The position numbers and the translations under genes were made by a program. The notes under the pieces were generated by a model. That model had not been told where the DNA came from. It saw nothing but the letters and a program-made list of their open reading frames with translations, and did not search any database. Shown one piece after another: positions 12,061-26,954 of a DNA stretch of 64,000 bases. This DNA is from Paraspadella gotoi (Eukaryota > Animalia > Chaetognatha). Location of the stretch: the NCBI GenBank assembly GCA_051294375.1, contig CM119264.1:8282873-8346872 (forward strand), written 5' to 3'. Each line of letters opens with the position of its first letter. Position 1 is the first letter of the stretch.

Positions 12061-15000
12061 TAATTAATTAATTAGTTAATTAAAATTTCAGAGCTATTTC
12101 AAGATGGAGAAGCATATCTAAATTTTTAACTTACTATATCGCACACTTTTATAAAAATTCATAATAATTTTTATTTAAAAAAAAAGGTAAGTCCCAGCCA
12201 AAACTATAAAGCGTAGTAGTTTTTATATTATTTAATTATTAATATTAATTTTTTCAAGTTAATTATTTAATTAATATGCAATTAATTAATTAATTTGATC
12301 AAAAATTTTGCTTTGTTGATTAATTAATTGATTAATTTATTGATTAATTAGTTGACTAATATGATTAATTAACTATTAATTTTTTTATTAATTAATTACA
12401 TCTTGAATTTACATTTAAAATAAAAAGAACAAGAAGCATAATCAATTAGTGAAACAGGTTCTTTGTTTTTTCCATTTAAAACTTATTTCCACTCAAACGA
12501 TTCCATCGAAACTTGATTTTCCAGTTTAATCACACCCAATTTCTACCCAAATACCAAAATTTCAAGTTATATATATATATTATATATATATATATTATAT
12601 ATAATTATATTAATCCGTTCCATTAGGATTGTACCCACGTAGGATTGCGCCCAGAAAATTGGCGCCCACAGCATGCCCACACTTATAATTCACCGCAGAT
12701 TGTGCCCATGTGGGCGCAATTCTACGTGGGCGGAATCCTACAGGGCGGAATCCCATGTGGGCGCAATCTTCCGTGGGCGGAATACTATGGGTGCAATTGT
12801 ATGTGGGCGCAATCTACGTGGGTGCAATCCAAGGGGCGCAATTTTACCGGGGCCCAATATACGTGGGTACAATCCTGCTACCACCATATAATTAATATGA
12901 ATCATCACCCCAACTTGAGAAAAATGTTTTTCGCTTTTTTTTTGTATTCGAATTATGACTATGACATCCTTTTAGGCTTTTCTCTTTCAATAATATCTCA
13001 ATATCTTGAATAATATAGGTGTATGTAAATATCAAAGAATAAAGAATTGTAAGTGTAAATTTAATAGGTAAGAGTTTTTTAATAATTTTTGTGAGATTAG
13101 ATAATTACAATTTTTCATTTTTTATTTTTAACTAGCTGTCATAAAATTGAGGTGTTGACACCTCTCTGGTCGAGGGAGTCTCAAGGAATTGGCGTCTCGC
13201 CTGAGTTTTAGTTTTGTACGTGTTTAAAAAAATGATTTTGGTTTGCTCTCACATAATTTTATATTTTTACAGATACGAAGAAGACATTGTCCCCATGGGC
13301 TTGACTTCCCCTGCTTTTCGCTCAGGCGAGGATGAGAGAGTTGCTGGGGCCCTCATTCGCCAAACTTCCTTGGGAATCGAGGGTTCTGGCCACTCCTCAC
13401 CAAAGGAGGCCTTCGGTCGGAGGCGGTAAGCCAATGACAATGGGAAGACTAGTGTTCCGATAACGGTTATTAACGGTTAATTATAATTTTTAACTTAACC
13501 GTTAATGGTATTATTTTAACAGTTAAATTCGGTAATTTTTCAAATACGATTTTGATATTATTTGTTAGGAAATTCTTGATTTTTTGAAAGAAAAGTATTT
13601 TTTTCCTGTCCTCTCTTATTCTCCTCTCCTTTCTCACCATATTTTCCCCTTCTCTCTCTTCTCCATTTTTTCAATGTTTTTTTTTTTTATTATCATCCAA
13701 TCTTTTTTCTATCCTAATCTCTCTATTCCTTTCTATCCCCTAACTTTATACCCTTCTTTTCTTCTCTCTTTTCCCTCCTTCTTTCCCCCTTTCTTTTCTC
13801 TTCTTTTTTCTGCCCCTTCCAGTATTTTTTTTACTTTTCTCCTCCCAATTTTTTTTTCTAGTTTTTCCTTTCAACTAATTTTTATGCATTTACATCTTAG
13901 AAAAAAAAGTTTGAATTAATTGACAATACGATTTATTTTCAGATGAAAACGTACATGTTTCGGCGTTTTTTACCAAGCCTTCTTCAGCGTCAATTTAGTT
14001 AGTGAAAATATTAGACAGATTTTGTGTAGAAGAAGAGAGAGAGAGAGGAGAGAGGGCCAAAGTATCTCTGTTCTCTCTCTCCCCATCTTCTATACAAATT
14101 TCTATCTAATAATTTCACAATCTAAAATGACGCTGAAGAAGGCTTATAAAAATCTTAAAACAATAGGATCGAGCCTCCCTTCAATGATAACCAAATATTG
14201 ATGCGATGAATAACCAATGATTGATGCGATGATAACCAAATATTGATGCGATGATAACCAATAATTGATGCGATGATAACCCAATGATCGATGTGATGAT
14301 AACCAAATGATTGAAGTGATAAAAACCAATGTTTTATTCTATGATAGTCATTCATTGATGTGATGATAATCATTCGAGTGTTACGATGATTGTCATTCAT
14401 TGATGCGATGATAGTCATTCATTGACGCAATGAATCATTCATCATAAAATAAAACAAACAATGCGTGTATGAGTGAAAAAGAGGGAGAGAGAGAGAGAAA
14501 GAAAGAGAGAGAGAAAGAAAGAGAATAAATCCACGAAATCTCGGGATGTAATATTTGGGATTTTGCATTGAGAAAAAGCTCGGAATATAATGGCAATAAT
14601 AAAAGTTTATAAAAGGAAAAAAATAATCAAAAAAAAAAATTTTTCCAAAAAAAACGATCACGCAAAGAGATCGTACAGAGAGAGAGAGAGAGACAGAAAG
14701 AGAGAGACAGACAGAGACAGAGCTGGACAGTCGCTGGAAGGAGCTGAACAGTCACGGCAGACCTGAACTCGTTTTTTAAAGGTTCAGAAAAGGCAGCAAC
14801 TGACAAAAATAGGAAGAAAAAAATCTATATATAATTAAAGAAATAAAATGAAAGGGAAAAAAAATGTTACAATTGTTTACAATTGAACATTTTACAATTT
14901 TTTTTAATCATAGCTTGTAAAAAGATTTTATTTTTATTTATATTAAAATAAGATGTAGCTTTCTCATTTAAAAAGTTCTTTTGATTTCACGTGTTTTTTA

Positions 15001-17072
15001 TTAATTCAAAGATTTGTTTATGAATTTTATCTTCCAATATTATTTACCTGCAATATGTAAATTAGATTAATCATTTCTATATACTAATTTGGATATCATA
15101 ATGAGTTACTATATCTCATTTGCATATTGCAGTCAATCATAATGAGTGGAAATTTTAAAACAAAAAATACTTGAATCCAAATGTAATAATGAAAAATTTC
15201 AGAGCTATTTCAAGATGAGAAGCCATATGGCATATCTAAATTTTTTAACTTACTATATGATCGCACACTTTTATGAAAAAATTCATTTGGTAATTGAATA
15301 TATAATTTTCATTTAAAAAAAAGGTAAGTCCCAAGCCAAACTATAAAAGCGTAAGTAGTTTTTATAAAAAAATGCGTGACGCTGCCGACGACACGACGAC
15401 GACGACACGACGACTCGGCACAAAGAAGCTCGACCCGAATCAATTTTGAGCCTGAACCCGGCTTCGCCGGTAGGCTCGATAAATAGCCGAAACATGTACG
15501 TTTTTATCTGAAACGTCTACAACTCGTAAAATCTTGATCTCAGTTCATAGATTCGTGAATATGGTCGTTAAGTCGTTGACAAATTCGATGTTCGACTCGG
15601 ATAAAAGTCATATGATTTGAATCAAGTCTTATCGAACCACGTTTTTTAGGAATCCCCGTAGCATGAAGCTCACTCTCTCAGATACGAAAGATGGGTATTG
15701 GAAACTGCATCGCAACCGCGCGCAATCGTGATTACGAGAAAAACAATGGCATGCGCACCAATCGTAAGGGGATTTCATGAAAAGTGAGGGATTCATGAGC
15801 GAATGAGGATGATGATAAGGATGAAGGAGGAGGAGATCCCGAGGGATTTTGGCATTGGAGGGGGCGGTGACGCGGGGGTAAACCAAAGGCGGTGAGGGGG
15901 TGGCACGGCGAAGAAGGGAGACTCAGACTGATCCTTTGTTAATCTTTGTTTTGACTTTCTTTCTTTCTTTCTTTTCTTTATCTCAAAATTTTCAAACATC
16001 TGGGACTCCTTCACTTCACTTCACCGCACCGCACTCGGTCGTCATCAACATCGTCAACGATCATAAAAATGAACACCACATCCATGTCTCTTTTCCCTTT
16101 TTTTTGCTTTTTGCATGGGGTTGGCTGGCGTCGTGGACCCACCAAAAAGGTCCATTTTTTTTACTACTAGGTAAATGATTTTTTTTTCGTTTGAAAAAAA
16201 AAATCTCGAATATAAACCTTTCAATCTATTTTATTTTTCATCTTCAATAATAAAATGGGCAACGACGACGACAACGAGGGCGACAACCCCATGGACCACC
16301 ATTTCATAAGAACATCTTCGCCGGCAACAAGAACAAAAACAAGATTTTCGATGGCAGCACCAGCAATGGCACAACAACAGCAAGAACAACAACTCCGTTT
16401 GCAACCAATAATCGAATCAACTGCATCAGTGCTTAATGATAAACAATAATAAATTAATCAATATACATTAATTATTAAATTAAAAAAAATTGTTTCAATA
16501 TTTGCGTATAAGACAACGACTTTCAATTCAAAGAACCACAACAAAGATANNNNNNNNNNNNNNNNNNNNNNNNNGAATCTTCCACATCCACAAGGTGATT
16601 TAATGATAAACAATTAATAAATTAATCAATAAATAAATTAATACATTAATTATTTAATTATAAAAAATTGTTTTTAATATCTGCATATAGGGAAAAGTCT
16701 CCAGCAGTCCCAAGAAACACAACAACAACAACAAGACACTCAAATGTAGAGCCTTCTACATCAACATCCACAAGGTGATTCAATAATAAACAATTAATAA
16801 ATTAATCAAATAAATAAATCAATTATTTAATTATGTAAATAAGTAAGTAAACAAAATTATTTTTTCAACTTACAGGTTGAAAACAAGCCAAACAATGAGA
16901 ACAACAACAACAATGGCGGCATCAGACACAACCCAAGAGACAAACACATCAGACATAAAGTGATTTAATGATAAACAAATTAATAAATTAATTAAGGAAA
17001 TACAAATAAAAAAAATGTTTTTCAATTTTCAATTTTTTTTTTCAGTCNNNNNNNNNNNNNNNNNNNNNNNNN

Positions 17073-17365
17073 TCTCGATTCAATTATCAATCTACCGAAA
17101 CATTCGTCAATTTCCGATAGTTTGGAAGTGTGAGAAAACCTCGATCTTGATCCAAAAAAACCCTATTATGGTTATTTCATCATTTTTCATCTTTTTTGAA
17201 ATTCACAAAAAAGTTTGTGTGAAACTTTAACATCTAATTTTTCCAAATATTTTCAAGGCTTGTGCATTTGAGCTTTGAGCAAGATATTTGTAGTATTAAT
17301 CTCCAATTTTCGATACGTTTGTTTTATTAAATTGAATGTTTTGAATTAAGTTTTTGATATTTTTA
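17073..17365 (-). pseudogene. Inverted fragment of the PolB N-terminal domain
   Basis: Reverse complement of about 47845-48155. Confidence 0.65.
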
Positions 17366-20099
17366 GAGATAGATATGGTTCTATGACAGTCATAAAGGTA
17401 CGGAGAGTTCTATGACAAGTTTCATTGATGCATATGGATTACCTCACCTCTCCCAAAATATTAATGAGTTCTTTTCAAGATTTTGTTTGACTGATCTATA
17501 CTCGGCACCATCTATCTTTTAAAAAGACAATTATTTAAATTGAAATCTTATATAAAAACAAAAAACTTTAAAAAACTTAATTATTAAAAAACTAAAAAAA
17601 AGCCCATCTTAAAATAAAATACAAACTAAAACAAAATAAAAATAAGGGCTGGATGAACAAGGGGCGCAAATTATAACATGTAAAGAAATAATTCTGGGTA
17701 AAACATGTAAAAACATTTGCATAATCTGGGATATATGTAAAATGCTATCTATATCTGGAATATGAAGTAAAAAACAATATTCAATATTCTGGTAAATATT
17801 TCAGTAGGATAAAGAAAATGGTTAATTTTTCAATAATTCTTGCAGACATATATGAGATGTAACATTATCTCTCAAAATAATGAAAAATTAGAGAAGAATG
17901 TGTCCGTGCAAAAAAGAAAAATACAATGCAAAAAAGAAAATTACAATGCAAAAAGAAAAATACAATTGCAAAAGAAAAAATACACGCAAAAGAAAAAGCC
18001 AAAAGAACATCAGAAATTTGTTATGGCTATTACTAAGACTATAAGACACAAATTTTAGAGAAAATGTGCTCAACACAAACGCTTTTAATTCGAAAATACG
18101 CAATAAAAAAAAATAAAAGAACATTTGTGCTCTACCCTGTATAAATTATTATAATATTCATATACATTTACAATTAGATTAAAAATTATATATTTAGGGT
18201 TAGTTTAGGGGGACAGGGTGAATAAATGTAAATATTTAATCTAAATGTAAATGTATATTTAAAATTGAGAAAAAAACGATCAGAGAGCAATGTTTTCAGC
18301 TTCAGAATAAAGAAGGAAGTGGAAAGAGGTAAGAGGGATAGGGAATGCATTACTATTAAAAAAAAAAAAAAAGTAATGGTGGATTCAAAAAACTCATTCG
18401 AGAGAAAAATGTGATATAACATGATACTCGTGGTAAAATACTTGTGTCGGTCAAAAAGTAAAAAAAATATTATCCAACAAATTACAAGATTTATCCATTG
18501 ATGAAGTAATACTTTTTTACTTTCTTTTCTTCTTTCTTTACTTGGGTCAAAGCTTTATCCAATTGATGGTAAATTATAAGGGAATTTATTTAATCCGTTT
18601 AATCAATTAAAAATTTTAATTTTCCCTGTTAAAAATCATTCTAGAATCTTTTTTTGTTTTTTTCGATCATTAGGATCAAAACTGTCTGGCAAATTTGCTA
18701 AATACGTTTTTATTTCTGGATAAATAATTGGATAAATCTTGTCTTATGAGTAAATAGAAAAACAACTAAAATAAAAAAAAACCCCTTATTTTATTCTTAT
18801 TCGCTCACCTTAACAAAAGTAAAAATAAATAAAAAAACCCCTCTAACCTAAACCCAATCCGCCCGCCAAACTCATCCTCCCCACCTCTTCCTCCTCGAAA
18901 ACGTGGCCCAACGGGCGACGGCGGTCGTCGGACTCCGCCTCCGCCACGCCGTCCGCCGCCACAGGCTTTGCGTTGCCTCCGCCGCCTCGCGACGCCGCCG
19001 CTCCCGCGCTCTCCCCGCCGCCGCTTCGCCCTTTGATAGTGACGAGGAGGACGAGAAGAGGAGGAAGACGGCGGCGCCCTCCGACTCCCGCTTGAGATGA
19101 GATGCTGTGGAGTAAAACAATTTAAAGTTTATGAGAGAATTTAAACTGAAAAACGAGAATGGAAAAGGAAGGGACAAGGAAAGAGCAAAAACGTAAGCCA
19201 TAGAGAGGTAATAGAGAGTAAAGAGGAGTATGGGTAGGGAATGAAGAAAAAGAATGAAGAATGAGTTAAGGAGAAATGAGAAAGAATCATTATCATCTCG
19301 ATTGACGCGGTTTATACTTATTTTTAACCAGGGTAAACTTTACACACGAACTCGATGAAGCTTACTTAATCGAATTTATCCGATCTCCGCGCTCACCTCC
19401 GGTCTCGTCGCCGCCTCCGCCTTCGCCGTCCGTTTTTAGAGAAACAAAAGTAATTGTATTTAGAATCAATTAAAAAAATATTTAATTTATCTTGTACACA
19501 TAAAAAAAATATTAGTAAAATTCTTTACAAGATGACGCATGTCGGCACGCACAATGACCAAGACGAAAAGCAACGATCCGATAAACGCGCTGACATAAAA
19601 TAAATATAAAAAGGAATTGGTTAGTAAAACGAAAATTGACAACTGAACACTACGTTCCTTACTGGAATCAGATCCCGTTTGGTAAAATAATTTGAAAACC
19701 ACCATTGCGTGGTTGGATTCCAAGCTCTGTAGATAGTTTGGTTTTCAAAGTATTAGATAAATATTTTTCTATACACTTACTAGTTATAGTTAACTTACTG
19801 TCTGTGCGTGTTGAGTGACCGGCGTCGGACTTGGCGCTCCCTCTTGTCGCCGTTTATACCTGTCTTCGTGGTCGTTGGTCGGACTTGTCTTCGTCGTTGT
19901 CCTCGGTCTCCCATTCCTTGTATCATTGGCGCTTTCCGCTCACAGGTTTTTGCAATTAGATGTAAAATATTGATATATTTAGGGTTTATGAGTGTAGGGG
20001 ACGAGTTAATAATAATAGAATTTAATCAAAATGAGTAATAATGTTATATGTATCCAGATGCGAACGAGAATAGAGGAAGCGAAGAGGAAAGCAGAGGCT

Positions 20100-21310
20100 G
20101 AAGTCTTGGAGAGGAACAACATATGATCAGGATTAAAGGAAGAAAATTATCGAATTAATTGATTGTTACTATGTTAACAAATAAATATAGTTAAAAAATT
20201 GACGTAACAGGAACTCAGTTATTCGGAGTTGTCTACATTTAGTGAAGTGTGATGTACCACAAGTCTTATGTAAATGGGACTGAGTAAAAGAGATTGTGTA
20301 ACGAGTATTAGATAATGTAAAGATTGCTCTACCGACCGATCGAGGACCGAAGAGAGCACTTTTGCGAAATGGTGTCGAGATAAAACAAAGATCATTAAAG
20401 AGGTTGGTTTCGACCAGTTTTCAATTTTTTTTAAGAGAGGAAAAAATTACGATTGGAGAAATAATATTTCGATTTTTTAACAGTACGACGGAAAGATGTT
20501 CATTCCCTATTTTCCTACATTACGATTGGAAAAGATGGAAACGGACCCCTGCAGAAATAGCATACGGAATGAGATAGATAGATAGATATGATAGATAGAA
20601 GGAGAGGCACAAGAGAGAGATGTGAGAAAGAGGAGAGAGTGGAGAGCTCAATATCTATTGCCAAATGTAAACCTTTGGTCTCGCCGCCCAAAGCATCAAC
20701 CCAATTATGAGGAAGAAGTCCGACTCTTCTCTCTCCTTTTCTCTTTCTCTCTTCTCTTCTCTCTCTCTCTCTCTCCTTCTCTCTCTCTCTCTCTCTCTCT
20801 TCTCTCTGTCTTCTCTCCCTCTTCTTCTTTCCTCTTCTGTACCTATTGACCCTCGAATTGAATAAAAAAGGCATAACCGAATGAGGATTGCGAACATACA
20901 AAAATCTACTCTACTTTAAAACTGCACAATGCCTGGGGCAGCTATTGGCCATATATTGCATCATGGATGTTCTCATATTAATGTCACTTATGATGCGTTC
21001 AGACAACTTTGTCACGGATATATGAAAATAGATCCTTTGTACTATTGACCATTACCATCCTATGGAGGTAAGATACATGAATATTTACTAGATCGTACTT
21101 AACTCTATCATACTTTCTACATTTTTTATCTTCGGCCTCATGTTAAGGTTTTCGGAGTAGAAAATATTCTGTGAGCGAACAAGAATCGCAGCATTTATTA
21201 CGCCTTTACGAATGTATCAGAATGGTTTTTCGTTGTAATACCGTAGTGGAAACGAGATCATAACGAATGCAGAGGATTGAACAGAGAATAGTCAAAAAAT
21301 GTTCGGGATA
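20100..21310 (+). pseudogene. Degraded PolB fragment (exo to pre-motif A) retaining intron 1, interrupted by an AG/CT-rich insert at 20570-20850
   Basis: Matches 36130-36970. Confidence 0.75.
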
Positions 21311-21364
21311 TTGTGACAATCGGGTCGGGATAAGTGGGGATCAAAAAAAAGAACAAATAAAAAA

Positions 21365-22119
21365 TTAAACGATCTTTTGGGGGGGCAGAAGTGGAAATGG
21401 GGGCGTTGTGGGGTGCGGACTCACTGGGGTTGGGAGGTCAAAATCACTGGCCCAGTGAGGAAGGTGGCAAATGCCAATTTTGCCTTCTTTTAACGACGAA
21501 GACTGGTCTCCGTCGTCTAAACTGAAATGTTTTTTTAAAAAATTCCTCCTTTTCCAAGGGATTAACTTATCACGATCCTCCACCGAATCTCGATTATCTT
21601 CGATTTGCGGTGGTGTAAGTCTAATTCCTCTGGAGGTTTTTTTCGTTTTGTTAAAAAGTTCGCGAGTTTTTTGTTCTTTTCATCCGATTTCTTCCTTCAA
21701 TTTTTTTCTTTTGTTCTTTCAAATTTATTGTTCTTGTCTCGCGGTAGCGAGTCTAAGACGCAGTAACGAGCATGTTACTGCGTTCAGCGTCTTTCGATAT
21801 AGATCACAACCGGTTGATCTGCGGTGCTTGGTTTTCCGACAAAAGGGGCTCCCAGCCCCCTTTGTCGTTTCCGTGTCGCCGCCGCTTGCGACCGCCACCA
21901 AGTTCGTGGATGGTTTGTCGCGCGAATAATTGTTGCCGCGACAGATGTCGCGGTGATGTGATAGAGGGTGGTGTGATTTTTTTGTGAACGCCCTCGGCGG
22001 CCGCCAGCTTGTAGTCGCAACGCTGGCGGGAGCGGCGAGGACGGATTTTTGTTGACTAGTCTCTGTCTTTTTATATATTAAACAATTTGACATAAGCAAA
22101 ATAAATGGTGGGCATCCAT
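21365..22119 (-). repeat. Paralogous ORF-L/ORF-R hairpin module, type C
   Basis: MDAHHLFCLCQI...QAGGRRG...ELGGGRKRRR, with the same stem-loop series. Inverted duplicate at 26117-26890. Confidence 0.75.
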
Positions 22120-22459
22120 TTGAAGATCGAGGAAAAAACAAAGCGAGAACGGTAAAGAGAGAATACAATTTGGGATGGTAGGAAACAAGGATGAAGAATC
22201 GGAGGACTTGGTCGGGGATAAACCGGGGATCAAAGTTGGGATAAAATTTTGAAAAATGAAAAAACGGAGAATCAAAAAGGATAGACGAGAAAAGAGCAAA
22301 AAGCGTAAAGCGAGCGATAGGTAGAGATAATGCATGCGGGGATAGGTGGGGACAAGGGTGAGAAAATTGGGGAATCGGGTCGGGGATAAGTGAACATTAA
22401 AAAGGGAAATGACGAATAACGAGGATGGAATAATAAACTAAAACTACGATATATGTACA

Positions 22460-23209
22460 TGGGGGTGGGGACTCACTGGGTCGGGAGGTAAAATCATGAC
22501 CCCAGTGAGGAAGTGGCAAATGCAATTTGCCCACATTTTTTAACTGACGAGACTCTGGTCTCCGTCGCTAAACCATTAAGGTTTTTATAATTTCATCCTT
22601 TTCCAGGAGGAAGGTGTCCCGATCCCTCCACCGCGATCTCAATAATTTTCGATTTGCGGTGGAGGAAGTCTAATTCCTCCTGGAGCGAAATTTTCATTTT
22701 TTTGAAAGTATTTCAGTTTTTCTCCTTTCCTTCAGTTCTGTTTTTTAATTTTTCGTTTCTGTTTTTAAATTGATTTGCTCCTGCCTCGCACTTGCCGAGT
22801 CTCAGGCGCAGTAACGAGCAAGTTACTGCGCAGTGTCTTTCGATACAGATCAACCGGCTACCGGTTGGATCTGTGGTGCTTGGGGTGACAAAGAGGCTCC
22901 ACGCCACTTTGTTTTGTTCGCGTCCGCCGCCGCTTGCGACGGCACCAAGTGGTGCGATCGGTTGTCCGGCGGCGTAAAAAATCTTGGTTATGAGGATAAC
23001 GTGGGAGGTGGGGTAGGCTTCGGTGTAGGGGGTTTGGGTTGAGGATTGACCTCGGCGTCGACGTGAAGATTGACCTCGGCGGCCGCCAGCTTGTGCTCGC
23101 AGTGTGCTGGCGGAGCGACGAGGTCGGGTTTTGGTTGTGCATAATTTCTCCTCCGTTTGAAAATAAGACAGATTTTACATAAGCAAAATGGATCGTGGTC
23201 TTTTTCCAT
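22460..23209 (-). repeat. ORF-L/ORF-R module, type F
   Basis: MEKDHDPFCLCKICLIFK..., same hairpins. Partial inverted duplicate at 25115-25745. Confidence 0.75.
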
Positions 23210-23745
23210 TTTGCTTATATAGTTTTCTGATTAGGGAAAAAAAGATTCGAAATTTATTAAAGGAGTAGGATTAGTTTCGAAATACTAACAATAAAATAAA
23301 CTAGCGCGTCGAGTAGCCCACAAATTATTGAGGTTCGTTTATTTCATACACTTTTTCTAAGATACTTTAAGACGATAATTTCGAGCGCTAAAATGCGAAT
23401 ATGATGCAATGAGGTCCGCAAGTACTCGCAAAATCATTTGTATACAAAAATCGTTATAAAAAATTTCATTCAAAATTTTTTTTTTTCTTTTTCTTTTTTC
23501 AAGTAATTCGCAATGAGGATTAAGCAAGGAGAATTTCTCAAGAATCAAAATAAGTGAGAGACCTCTTTCTTTTAAAAAAACCCGACCAATGATTGCCTCG
23601 TCGGTTTGAGGCATCCATTGGCTATGAAAATCGAAAAATCTGGGGGATCGCCCGGCAAGCGATCCGCGGGGAAACGTTCCTAAATAGAAACGAGAACATT
23701 GAGAATCCGTAAGAAAGAATCTTTATCGATAAAGAGAGAATTCAT
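23210..23745 (-). CDS. Adenain-like (clan CE) cysteine protease, copy directly after MCP
   Basis: MNSL.IDKIL start, HW catalytic His region, IFYNDF.IQND...TCGPHCIIF catalytic Cys. Frameshifted. Confidence 0.8.
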
Positions 23746-23761
23746 GTTTCTTTTTTTTTTT

Positions 23762-24372
23762 TTAATAATCCTAAACTTAGTTCGCGATTATAATTTAGGA
23801 GCAAATTGACGCTATATTCGGCGTACACTAATATTATTAACGAAGGGTTATCGAAGAATTTTTATAGTTTTAATTCTAATCTCGAACTACAGGTCTGTCG
23901 AACATGTGTGGTCTTCGGTAAAGACTGAACCTTCCCAGTATCGAGATAATAAAATGTTAATCTTTCACGTATTCGTCGTAACTTATAGGGCACGGTATGT
24001 AGTATTAAAGAAATGTGAAACTAAAGTATAATAAGCTCTTGATAATTTCCATTTGTAAAAGTTTAAGTTTTGAATGCCGTTTTTTTCCGGGCTTTTTACT
24101 CCGTCCAAACTCAAAGAGATCGATTCCAAATCGAAATGGTTAAAATTCAAACAGAGATTTGGCGATGTCCCGGAGAAACTGACTTTGTTTACGCGGATTA
24201 TTACCGTCTCTGGACGATTAGTTTTTGATAAAATTAAATTTTCTATATAGGACGCTCTTATGACCGCTAGGGTATTACAGTGGGGTCGAACCATAGAAAA
24301 CCGGGTAGGCATCATTATTCCTCCTTTTCGGTTATTTTTTTCTCAATGTTGAGCTTTAAAGATGGTAACATA
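23762..24372 (-). pseudogene. Polinton-type double-jelly-roll major capsid protein, C-terminal half
   Basis: Across frameshifts: IENLFYQ..RPETVII..V..SFSG....F.FNHFDLESISLSLDG...AYYTL...SRLEL.Y......LIILVYAEYSVNLLLNYNREL..DY*, the typical Maverick MCP C-terminus. The 5' half is replaced by a junction at about 24372. Confidence 0.8.
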
Positions 24373-26954
24373 ATAATTTTTAATTGAGGCAATGCAAAGA
24401 CTTACTGCTGCATGCAAATATATTATTAATTAAAATTTTTTTTAAAATGTTGAATTATGAAAAAAAATACCTGTTTCCTTCGAAATGGTGTCAGCAATTT
24501 CATATAAATTGTACAATTATAATTTCAATTCGTGAGAATTTTTGATTGCCTGAATTCTAAGGTTAAGGAATGAATTTCCCACTAAAAATTATTGATCCCG
24601 TCCTGAAGTTTCGCATCCCTCGCACCCTATGGCACGATAGGGTGCTTTGATATATAGATCATCAGGTCCAAATATGAAGACCTTATATTATGAGTGTCCC
24701 TGATAGGGCTTAATCCGTCGTCTGCGTTTGTCGTTGCTTGTCCTGTCCTCGCCGGGAATTTGTTTTACTAGATTTTTTAATTGCTTATGATAAAAGTAAA
24801 ATAATTACAATCAAAACGATTAAGGCGTTTGATGTTGCTATTAATCTTTTCATGTTATTCCCGACGAGGCGTCAGGTAGGCGGGTGTTCTTGTGCACCAA
24901 AGGAGGCCTTCGTCGGAGGCGGAAACGCCAATGACAAGAATGGGGAGGACGAGGACAACGACCACGAAGACAAGGACAACGACCACGAAGACAAGGACAA
25001 CGAAGACAAGGACAACGGCGACTCCGGCTCCTCAACGGCAGAAGTAAGCTAACTCATAACTAAGTATGTGTATTAGAAGAATATTTATCTAATACTTAAA
25101 GAGAGAGGATTTCACGTCGACGCCGAGGTCATCTCACCAAAACCCTACAACGCGAAGGCTACCGCACTTCCCCACGTTATCCTGCAATCAACAGCCAAGA
25201 TTTTTAACGCCGCCGCGACAAGCGATCGCACCAACTGGTGCCGGTTCGCAAGCGGCGGCGGACGGCGAAAACACAAAGTGGGGCTGGAGCCTCTTTGTCC
25301 ACCCAGCATACAGGATAAGCCGGTAAGCGCGGTTGGATCTGTATGCGAGGAAGACAGTGGCGCAGTCACTTGGCTCGTTTACTGCGCTGAGACTCGCAAG
25401 TGGCGAGGCAAGAGCAAATCAATTTAAAACCACAAAACGAAAAATTAAAAAGCAGAACTGGAGGAAAAGGAGGAAAAAACTGAAATACTTTCAAAAAAAT
25501 GAAATTCGCTCCAGGAGGAATTAGACTTCCTGCCACGCGAAATCGAAAATTATTGAAGATCGCGGTGGAGGTCGGGACACCTTCCTCTGGAAAGGATGAA
25601 ATTAATAAAAACTTTATTTTAAGCGAACGGAGACAGAGTCTTCGTCGTTAAAAATGTGGCAAAATTGCATTTGCCACGTTCTGACTGGGGTCACGTGATT
25701 TTTACCTCCCGAGCCCCAGTGAGTCCCCCCCCATGTACATATATCCGTAGTTTATTTTTATTCGGCATCTCGTTATTGTTCGTCATTTTTCCGCTTTTTT
25801 AATGTTCACTTAATCCCCGGACCGCGATTCCGGCCAATTTTCTGCAGCCCTTTGTTCCCCACCTATCGCATGCCAATATCTCTACGCTATCGCTGCGCTT
25901 TAGCTTTTTGGCTCTTTTCTCGTCTATCTTTTCTGGATTCTCCGTTTTTCGTCGAATTTTTTCAAAATTTTTTATCCCGACCCACTTGATCCCCGTTTAT
26001 TCCGCCGACCAAGTCCTCCGATTCTCTTCGATCCTTGTTTCCTAGCCAATGCCAATTGTTATTTCTCTCCTTTAACGCGTTCTCTCGCTTTGTTTTTTTT
26101 CGCCTCGATTCTTCAAATGGAAGCCGGCACCCATTCATTTTGCTTATGTCAATGTGTTTAATATATATAAAGAAGAGATTATGTCAACAAAATCCGTCTC
26201 GCACTCCCGCCAGCATTGGCGACTACAAGCTGGCGGCCAGCCGAGGGCGTTCATCAAAAAAATCACACACCGGCTGCATCACATCACCACCGGCGAGCAT
26301 TGGTCGCGGCAACATTATTACGGCGCGACACCCATCGCACCCACTTGGTGGGGTCGCGAAGGCGGCGGCGACCACGGGAAGCGACAAAGGGGGCTGGAGC
26401 CCGCTTTTGTCGGAAAAGCCAGCACCGGCAGATGCCACCGGTTCGGATCTATATCGAAAGGACAGCTGACGCAGTTAACATGGCTCGTTACTGCGTCTTG
26501 AGCTCGCTACGCCGGAGACAAGAACAATTAAATTTGAAAGAACAAAGAAAAAATTGAAGGAAGAAAATCGATGAAAGAACAAAAAACTCGAACTTTTTAA
26601 CAAAACGAAGAAAACGCCTCCAGGAGGAATTAGACTTCCTCCACGCAAATCGAAGATAATCGAGATTGCGGTGGAGGATCGTGATATTATCGCTTGGAAA
26701 AGGAGGAATTTTTAAAAACATTTCCAGTTTTAGCGACGGAGAACCAAGTCTTCGTGTTAAAGAAGGTGGCAAATTGCATTGTGCACCTGTCGCTCACTGG
26801 GGTCAGTGATTTTGACACTTTCCCAACCCCAGTGAGTCCGCCACCCACACCGCCCCCATTTCCACTTCTGCCCACCCCAAAAGATCGTTTAATTTTTTAT
26901 TTGTCCTCTTTTTTTTTTATCCACTTATCCCGGAACCCGATTGCTCAATTTCCC

